A stretch of DNA of 9,775 nucleotides. Origin: Geosiphon pyriformis uo1 (taxonomy: Eukaryota > Fungi > Glomeromycota). Of the stretch, positions 1-8,447 are shown piece by piece; within the stretch, counting starts at the first letter, position 1, and every line of letters starts with the position of its first letter. Under the pieces are notes generated by a model. That model had not been told where the DNA came from. It searched no databases and was given only the letters and a program-made list of their open reading frames with translations. The stretch covers positions 1 through 9,775 of the forward strand of contig JAAOMT010000347.1 in assembly GCA_016748015.1 (NCBI GenBank), in the 5' to 3' direction. The translations under genes were made by a program, and so were the position numbers.

Positions 1-1328
1 TGTGCTCAGGGTCCAAATACAGATTGGTAATATAGGATGATGAATAGTAGATCTATTGCTGTGCCGCATTCAGGTTCTATGGATAGCCGTGCCATCCAGC
101 ACAAGTAGTTTTCAGTACATCACCACCTATAAGAGTTTTATGAAGGCCCCCTCAAATTTGGTACTGCCTCTTGTCTATAGCACATAAGCTTTGCCAACAA
201 GGATCCTTGCTATTCTGCTTGGAAGTAGATAGGGTAAATAGAAGCTGCTAGAAATGGGCCAGACTAAGAAAAGGCGCATATTACAAGTGTTTGTTTTTTG
301 CCAGCTTAAAGAAGGATGGCTCATGAGTACCAGATAGGGGACTACTCAGTAACGATTCTGTATCAAGGTGCTCATCATAAGGTAGGAGATCCGTAGCATC
401 AGTAGTACTCAGTACTCTTATTGGGGTCGTTGTGCATAAGTGGTATTACCTATAGACAAGTATGTGTACTGTGTATGTAAGTTGTAAATCAGATAGGAGG
501 GCCCCTCAAAGAAGTCCTGAATCAGGAGTACTCGGGTCCCATCATCCATAGTTACCAAATCAGTCCTAAAGTTGTCCTCATAAGTAAGTGCAAGGTCATG
601 GGTAGTAATTGGATGTAGAAATACTTGACTTGTACAAAAGGGTGTCAATGGAGACCATACTAGTAATATGGCGTATGAATAAAGCTTTTGCCATAGGGAT
701 CTAGAAATAGAATAGTTAGTTGATACCAGATGATGGTGTATCCCCCCTATTAAAGTGCAAGTCCTAGTATTTACCTTGCAAGTCCCTCTTTGATTTTGCC
801 TAGGTCCCATATGGGTACTGAGTACGCAAGTCTTATTGCCATTATATATGGTCACAAAGGGTACGATCTTTAAGAAGAGCTCCATTCATGATAGTGGTGG
901 GGAGCTATGGGTGTCATTGCGATCCTCAATTTTACCTTTCCTTGGGAGTATAAGGGATCCCAGTACAAGTACTGCTTATTTGATAAGAGCCCGTAGTCCT
1001 TAGAGATTTTGTATCAATATGGATAGGAGCTACAAATAGTGGGGGATCGGCGAGGTAATAGGGACCTCTAGTTGGTATCCCTTGTGGTAGGGAGATCCCA
1101 GTTTGTAATAGAGGTCAGATTGGGTTTTAGTGTAATATGGTTTGGTCAGATGGTGGGGAAAGTTGAATTGGTAATGTTTAATGGGAGGGAGGTTTTGGGG
1201 ATCCTTTTTGAGGAGGGGTTGTATTGGGGATTGGGGATTTTGAGTTTGGTTGGGGACCCTTTACCTACCTTTTGCGAACCCTTTAAATCCTCATTTCTAG
1301 TAGGTAATCCCCTTATACCTTTTGCGCC
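1..1328 (+). repeat. Terminal direct repeat, copy 1 (true limits unknown because both copies run to a window edge)
   Basis: TGTGCTCAGGGTCCAAATAC at 1 recurs at 8448, and the window ends with TATACCTTTTGCGCC matching 1314-1328. The identical 155-aa ORF occurs at an offset of exactly 8447 bp. Confidence 0.98.
418..885 (-). CDS. Possible hypothetical protein, 155 aa (longest ORF; may be spurious)
   Basis: ATG to TAA ORF. The C-terminal half (HDLALTYEDNFRTDLVTMDDGTRVLLIQDFFEGPSYLIY) has globular-like composition. No motif or clear RBS, and the length is only modestly above chance. Confidence 0.25.
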   Translation of the reverse strand: MELFLKIVPFVTIYNGNKTCVLSTHMGPRQNQRGTCKVNTRTCTLIGGIHHHLVSTNYSISRSLWQKLYSYAILLVWSPLTPFCTSQVFLHPITTHDLALTYEDNFRTDLVTMDDGTRVLLIQDFFEGPSYLIYNLHTQYTYLSIGNTTYAQRPQ

Positions 1329-1739
1329 ATGGGTGTGCTCCCTTGCTAGAGTTTTGCTAAGCGCAAGGCCCCCTGTTATGGGTATTGGCGCCCCGCGTAC
1401 GGCGACATCTGATATCCTTATTTTGTATCCGAGTACTCAGGCTTGTTATTTTGCCTAATGGCGCCGCTCCTCTGTATTTAGTAGGGAATACTTTGGGATC
1501 CTTAGTGCTATCACTGCTTATTTTTCAGCAAGCCCCCCACCATTGCGCCCTTTGGCAGCTTGTAAAGATCAGCATATCCCCCCACCCTTTTTTTACTGAT
1601 CTATTTGGTTTTGGAAATATTTGGGCTATAAGGTCCAACTGGCCATATCTTATTATAAGTATAGTTGGAGTACTCATTTGCTTTTATTAGCCATGAGGCG
1701 CTACCAGAGTGAATATGACTATATGTATCCTGCTTATTT
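972..1739 (+). repeat. Cluster of short direct repeats (CTGCTTATTT x3; TACCTTTTGCG x2)
   Basis: CTGCTTATTT at 972, 1514 and 1730; TACCTTTTGCG at 1266 and 1316. Confidence 0.6.
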
Positions 1740-2798
1740 CAATAGGAGATCCAAATTTGTTTAGTCATCCCGGGTATTATGGCCCCCACACAACCCCATA
1801 TAAGAGGTACAATGCCAGCACACCCCCCAAAGGATCAAAATAGCCTTGTCATCCAACCATATATCCTACTTATTTATGGATGCATCTCAATACCCATTTT
1901 TTACTACCCCTAGGTGTACAAAGTCTTGCTTTATTAATACGTTCATTGTTCCCCCCCCCCCAAATACATGATGGATCATGACCACACTTGTACAAACCTC
2001 ATTGGTGGTTATGGGGTATAGCCAAAACAGCCAGGGGATCTTAGTAGATAAACATATGGGGTCCTTGGGTAGTAATAGCCTATCGGTTTACAATTAATGC
2101 TGATTTCTTGATAGGATTGGATTTTTATTGGAGACGGTATCCCATGACCCCTTTTGGCCGAGAGTACTAGTGGTAGACTCGTGGTTAGTGGATAGGGAAG
2201 TCGTATCCAGGATTTACCATTTGGGTGTTGTTTGTGTGGGGCCTCAATCAACGACCGTCTTTACCCTCTTGGTTGGTGGTGTGACCTACTGTACCAAAAA
2301 CTCTATCCTCATACAAACTTTTGTATACAGGGTTAGAATCATTTTTCGGGGGGGGTAATCCGACTCCAACCATTGAGGGTCCACAAGGTCCCATCACCAA
2401 ATACACCCTGAGGACTCCCAACATCCAGTTTGTCATGGTTGGGTAAGCAGCTACAAGGGGCAATAGGATCCATATACCAACCACCCCACCAACATCATAT
2501 ATGGGTCCAAGTCTTTTTAGAGTTCCCCTTTGATGATCCCCCAATACCATGGCTCATTCTACCCAATGCCCCATTTACATTTCTGGATCCTACTGCCAAT
2601 AACTACTTTTTGTGGGTATTGTAGTTTACGCTTTAGCTGCTTTTAGAGCTCATCTATGGGGACCCTTAGGGATTTTCTTTGTACAAACAATGGGGATAGG
2701 TCAGTATTTGGCAGTACTTAATGGAGAAATAGGTACATGGTACTTGTGTGGTTGTCTTCTATTTGTTGTACCCTCGGGTACTTGATCAGAGGGTCCTC

Positions 2799-2909
2799 AA
2801 TGTGGTTTGGTTTTTGTAGGTTGGTGGTTTTGGTGGTGGGTAGGTTTGATGGGGGTTGGTGGGTTGTTTTGGTGGTTTTAGTGGTATGAGTGGGTGTTGT
2901 TGTTAGGAA
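2799..2909 (+). repeat. C-free G/T-rich low-complexity tract
   Basis: 111 nt with no C; TTGGTGGTTTT occurs at 2821 and 2869. Confidence 0.85.
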
Positions 2910-3685
2910 CAAAGGGTTTGCGGCTCCATCACCATTGTCCTAGAGATAGAGCCCTTACGAGACACCAAAGTAACCCCATAAAAATCAGAGTTTGGGCTTG
3001 AGGATTGGGTCCAAACAGGAGGGGGGTCCCCCTAATATAGTTGTGGGGCATGCAGTCTACAAACACCCTAAAAATCCCCATACCCTTGAAGCAAGGTCCC
3101 CACAACCACCAAATACCCAATTATTGGTCCAATTTCTACCCTAATACTACCCTTTACTAAACTGACCAATCAATCAATGGATCGATCCTACCAATTACCA
3201 TTTACCCCCCCCCCCTGGGGATCCCCCCATACTGATCACCCTCCTCTCAGTACCCACTAATCAAAACAGTCGTTGTACTAGAGTATTCCCCTCCCATCTA
3301 CCTTGGTAGCTTTAGGATCCCCAATCTGATCCATAGTCTCTATTAGGAGTATTGTCTTTAACAGCTAAAAGCGGGATCCCCCCCCCCCCCTGAGCCCTTA
3401 TGGATCATGAGTACCCGAGGTCCTACCCCCCTAGCCAAAGAAGCCCCTATAAGGCTCCACCATGTAGAGCTTATTGATCCAGTACTCATACAGGATAGCT
3501 TTATAGGATCCCCAACTTGCTTTTGGGGGTCTACCAGTCCATCCCATCACTGGAGCGTCTGGTTGTACAAAGCAGTATTTGGTACCAATGGGTAAGAAAG
3601 TACTCTTTCCCCTATGAAGCTTTACTACTAGGCCCATCCCATCACAGTTACTGCAGGATAAAAATAAAGGGGTTGGGGGGGGGGA

Positions 3686-3776
3686 GGGGGGCCAATGGCG
3701 TTGAGGCCCCCCCCGAAACACCCTGCCCACGGCGGGGCCCCTACGTAGGGGGGCCGTCAGGAGTCCGTGCCGTGGG
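3686..3776. other. GC/CpG-rich double-hairpin region; candidate origin or structured element
   Basis: GGGGGGCC (3686-3693) pairs with GGCCCCCC (3705-3712). CCCACGGC (3726-3733) pairs with GCCGTGGG (3769-3776) and encloses the perfect palindrome CCCCTACGTAGGGG (3738-3751). The structure is seen; the function is inferred. Confidence 0.6.
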
Positions 3777-6700
3777 TACTGGGTTTTGGGTCCAGGGAAT
3801 GCAGAGGCAGATGGTCATGTTAATTGGGTGGGTGGAGTTGTTATGGGGACCATACCACTACCCATCATCAAATCCCGTTACCAACACCAATAAAGGGATA
3901 CCAATACCAATTACCCATCATCTCCCAAGTACAAATTAGGAGAGCTTACTAACCGCTTTGATTACAATGAGTCCTTAACCAGTTGGTCCAATAAGATAGG
4001 GACCTCCTTAAGCTTGTGGGTACATAATAACCATTGGGGATAACAGGAGCCATCACAGGCGTCTTAAGCCTAAAAGCTTGGGGGTTTGGTTGTTGTGATT
4101 GGTAGGCTTGACAAAAGGGGCCTTGGTAGCCATTAAGCTCTGGGACCAAGTCCCACCAATAAACAAATGTTACATCCTGATGAGTCCCTCAAGGCCCCCC
4201 CCCCACAAGGAGTTGCTTTGGTAGAGTACTCAAGTACCCATCAATCACTAGATATAGGGTTTACTTACTACAAGTATCCAAAGGTGGGAAGGGCCATCAA
4301 AGCAATACATGGGATCCCCTATACTTTGAGGGCACAACTGGTAATTTGTTTGTATAACTCATGTAGGATGATGATGAGGGCTTGTTTACTTGTATTTGTT
4401 ACCTTACTAGTACCCCACCCCCCCCCTTTGAATGGGTCCATTGATTGGTCCCCTCCTTAATTACTGCTCCCTTACTTGAAGTCTATTTGAGGTGTGGATC
4501 CCAGATGGATGTCCATGATGGGTACTGAGGATGCCGTCTACAAGGGTAAAGAGTTGTATAGCCGCTCCCCATGACTTGAGAAGTGGGATCCTAGTAAAGC
4601 ACCATTTACACTGTAATTTTACCCACCCACAACTGTCAATGAGCCCAGCTGATATGAGGACCATATTTGACTGATGACTACTGAGATAATAGAGTAGGCA
4701 GTGCTAGATACAGATTGGTACTAGACCCATTGTTGAAAAAGGGTTTCTCAAGTCGATGTAACTGATGATGGGAGTCCAAATCCCCTTTTTGGTAAGAGCT
4801 CCCTTGTAAAGTAGTGGACCATCTTAATACAAATCAAATCTTAGGTTTATTGGATCCCATCCCCTGGGTTGGGGACTTGGTAGTAGTTGGGTCATCAATG
4901 GGGATCCCAAAGTACCCTCTCTCTAGGGACACGGGTCTAAAGAGTACTGGTACTGGATACACCAAGCCCCCCCCCCACCCCCCTAGTGTGGGGAAAGGGT
5001 AGATTGGGTGGGGACTCCGGTCTAAGGGGTTGGGTCCTTATGGGTCTTGCTTGTTTGGTTGATACTGTAGTAACAGATCCATTTTGTGTGGGTGGTTGGA
5101 ACTGTGGTGTATATGGAGTTAGGCTATTAGATAGGTGTATATCTATGTCAGGAGATGGAGGTATATGAGGGTTCGGTCATGAGGTAAATCATATATGAGT
5201 TTATTAGGGAGTTGGATTGGGATCTACATTTTGTATGGGTATCTGATTCATCGTAGTCATGCATCTGAGGGAAGGGGATCTCATAATTGGTACCATTGGG
5301 TATGATGGTTAGGTAAGCCTATAAAGAGTAGAGATTGCGGACATGGTCTTGATCGGGAGGGTAGAGTACTTGAGACTCCCCTCAGTTGTCCAATGGGTAA
5401 ATCACACAGGTACCAAATAAGGGCATCATTATGGTACCCAGTATTATTGGATCCATAACCAATGACACCAATCATCATAAGGGGTCCATTTGTAGGTACT
5501 GTGAGCAATTGAGCTACTGGGGATAAATGAGTAAGGAACCTTTAAGGGTATGGCTTCTTACCTGTACGGGGCCTACTTGGTATCCCATTAACTGGAGTAC
5601 AAAGGTAGCATAAATCCAGATACCAGATACCCTATGCTCTATCTGCCTATATGCTGAAAGGTCTGGATGGTAGATGGGTCCTTACTTGATCCTTGCTCTT
5701 ATCTAGTGGCTCCCCCTTTTGGCTACCCTAGTTATTTGGTAAGTGACCTAATAGTGCTTGTAGGGGTAGTACAAGGACAGGGCCCGCTGGATCTCTCAGG
5801 GTACCAATTAGACCAACTGGTATTGGTAGCGATGCCCCCATTAGTCTAGTCTGTCCCCATCGAAACTACTTGCTACCCATACCCCCCCCAGTCCCCCGGG
5901 CTGTGGGGGAAGGCGTTGGGGATGGATATAAAAAGGATATGGTTCTTTTTGGGATCCTGGTAGAGGTTGTGTTGGTTTGGGGATTGATAGGGATCCCCAA
6001 TCGCAGGCTTCAATATCCCATGATCCTCAAAGGTCCAACCGTTACTACAAAGTTACAACAAAAGTTGTTCATGAGTATCCCAGTCGCCGTCTTGGTGATA
6101 TAGCCTTTATCGCCCCAATCATGATGTTGCTCAATTTTACTGAGTCTGACTCCTGGTCATATATGGTCTAGTCTTATGGGTAGTAGAGGTAAATGTGGAT
6201 TTTACATATAGAGCTAATATTAGGGAGATTCTTTAAGTAGTCTATTCGTTTGTAAAGGAGGTTAGTAGATTGGTCGTGTATGGGATTACAGTTAAGTAGG
6301 TAGAGTTAAATCCTAATAGGGTTTCTTAGTTTTGTGTGTGTAGTGGGATGGTAGACAGATACGAATTGGTGTGGGGAGGCACTTAGTACTTGTACATGAG
6401 GTAGGCTACATCAATGAGGTCGTTAGTGGGTTGGAAATACTGGTGTTGTTTGGGGCTCTTAGGTTTAGCCATTGGTAGGGTACTTTGAATGGATGGGTCT
6501 ATAGGTAAGAAATGGTAGGTAACTACATGAGGACCCTGGTTGACTCCGTATACCCCACCCCCCCAGGTAACTCCAATACCAAAGAAGCCCATGATTGGAG
6601 CCCAGCCAAGTCCAGTAAAGTTCCATATCCCCAATGCCTCCTACTTTGTGGATGGTTGTATATGGTAGGTGTATGAATCTTGCTTAAGAAGCCTGGTGGT

Positions 6701-7775
6701 GATAGGTATAGTGATATTATGGGGATACTTGCCTATCATAAACCAATACTGATTGTTTACTCAAATTTATCCATGAGGACTCCTGGTGTGGAGCTCCAAG
6801 TACCCATCAGCTATGACAGTTTGATGACAAGGGCTTTGGCTCCACAACCGTTCGCGGATCGTTTACTTTTATACCCATGGATATACCATATCATGTGGAT
6901 AATAGGGCTGTACTCAACGGGAGATTGGTTTGATCCCTATTGCCATCAGAAAGTCGGAGTGTCTACTAGGATCCCCAGTACTATTTAGCTAAGAGGATTG
7001 TGTTTATTTATCTGGTCAGCTATGTGGGTACTCTGGGTATCACAAGTACTCAAAAGCATTATTAATGTAGCCCCCCTAGGGAGCTCTGATAGCTCAGGAG
7101 GCCCCCTACCCCCCTAAGCACCTGTCATAGACCCCTTACTTTCTAGCCGCCCACCATCCATACTAATGCACTTTACATACGAGCTAGATCCTTATATGAT
7201 ACCTTGCTAAAAGGCCCCCTTATATAAGTAACTACCCACTGACTCCAGCCAGCACACTATGCCCTGCTTCCCCCTGTGCACTACCTTTAGCCCATACAGC
7301 CTTCAGATAGCCCACTAACCCTCACACCCCTGTACCTGACTCCCATTTGCCACTGGACCTTCATGCTACATACTCAATACACATTCCCCCTTAAGACCAT
7401 ACTGCCCCCTAGGATCAATTTTTACCCGTAGCCTTTGATAACTCGCCCAGTGGGTTGCCTATGGCCCTACTTAAGGTAGATCCTGGCCTCATTGAGTCTC
7501 ATAAATCAGTTTTAGACACCCCCTGAGGGGTATTGGACCCCAGCTTGAGATGGTATTTAGGTACATGGTTTGACCTCTCTATAGTTGATCGATCCCTTGT
7601 GCCGAGACAAGCCTGTATTTGGATATAAACTGCTTGGGATCAACCCTAAGGATGGGATGCAAAGAGTTGGTACCCACAACACTAGAGGTAAGATTACAAG
7701 CTATGCGGACCTGTAGGGTGGTCCACACTCAGGTTGAAGTCTAAGTAAGGGTGACAGAGTTAGAGAAGCCTTTTT

Positions 7776-7856
7776 CGGCGCGCGTACTGCGTCGTAATAG
7801 AGTATAGAGGGCCGGACTGGGTTGTTACGTACGTGGGGGAGGGTTTGCGGTACCCG
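7776..7856. other. CpG micro-island with palindrome ACGTACGT
   Basis: About 11 CpG in 80 nt against roughly 1 per 75 nt overall. ACGTACGT at 7827-7834. Confidence 0.6.
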
Positions 7857-8447
7857 AGTTGTTTGGGATTTAGTAGTATGCCCATTTTGTATGGATCTTT
7901 TTGGTCCCCAATGGTAAGCTATATTTGGTGATGTGTGGGTTGTGGACCCCTTATATTTGGTAGTCTCCTAGTACTATTTTGTTTGTAGTCAATACCTCTA
8001 ACACGTGGTATCACAATCTAAACAGGGAGTATGATGGGGGACCAAGGTACCTATAAGCCCTGTGATGGTTTTGACTACTTTGGGGTACTTTTAATGTATC
8101 GGGTGTACAGTGGATAGCCCCAACTATTGATTGGTACTTTGTTAAAAGGTATCTTGTTCCTGGGGACAGTTTGAGGGTAGTTTTAAAGCTTGGTTATTTG
8201 AGTTATTGGTACCTTTTGGAGATTGCCCTTTGTATGGAGGATTTGTACCTGTCGCGTCGTATGGATAGAAGGTATGGTTGGGGGACCCTGTTGGGGACTG
8301 GTAAAGTTGGTTGGATTGGGTTTGGTTGTTACCTTGCTTTAAAGTATATTGATTTTATCGTTCTTAGTTTTTTGTGCCTGTTGCAGTTTGTTTAGATTGT
8401 TGGAATTTGTAGTCCAAGTTGTGAAGTCTAATTGGTTTTTGGGGACT

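Larger units (their letters stand above)
1..8447. mobile_element. Putative 8447-bp circular, essentially non-coding DNA element of unknown class
   Basis: Inferred from the terminal redundancy. No Rep, integrase, RT, capsid or other recognisable protein motif in the ORF track. Confidence 0.45.

Noticed and set aside
1-1350. LTR retroelement reading: the repeat starts TG, would end CA at 1329, and is followed by TGG
   Set aside because: The following 18 nt do not look complementary to a tRNA 3' end, there is no convincing polypurine tract before 8448, and I see no gag/pol motifs. The repeat limits coincide with the window edges. A non-autonomous LTR element is not fully excluded.
1386-1403. 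TGGCGCCCCG, resembling a tRNA-Lys primer-binding site
   Set aside because: Only the first 8 nt or so match, and it lies about 57 nt from the apparent repeat end.
2852-2863. GGGGTTGGTGGG, resembling the kinetoplast CSB-3 sequence GGGGTTGGTGTA
   Set aside because: A 10/12 match inside a G/T-only tract is expected by chance, and there are no CSB-1 or CSB-2 blocks upstream.
4036-4047. GGGGATAACAGG, an LSU rRNA-like word; also AAGGGTATGGCT near 5544
   Set aside because: Isolated 12-mers without the flanking conserved rRNA sequence; chance-level.
4177-4187. CTGATGAGTCC, matching the start of a hammerhead ribozyme core
   Set aside because: No closing stem II partner and no GAAA core segment at a suitable distance.
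5166-5189. With TGA=Trp this reads WGFGHEVN, reminiscent of cox1 WFFGHPEVY
   Set aside because: The essential Pro and Tyr are missing, the flanks do not align to cox1, and a TAG follows shortly.
1072-8395. The remaining 60-140 aa ORFs in the track
   Set aside because: They overlap on both strands, many use non-ATG starts, and their compositions mirror local nucleotide skew (G/V/W or P/T/H rich). None has a motif, which is consistent with random ORFs.
1-8447. CRISPR array or tRNA genes; scattered 12-13-mer repeats (e.g. ATACAGATTGGTA at 17 and 4708, CAAGTACCCATCA at 4231 and 6797)
   Set aside because: No regularly spaced repeats or cloverleaf seen. The scattered matches are plausible given the biased word usage.
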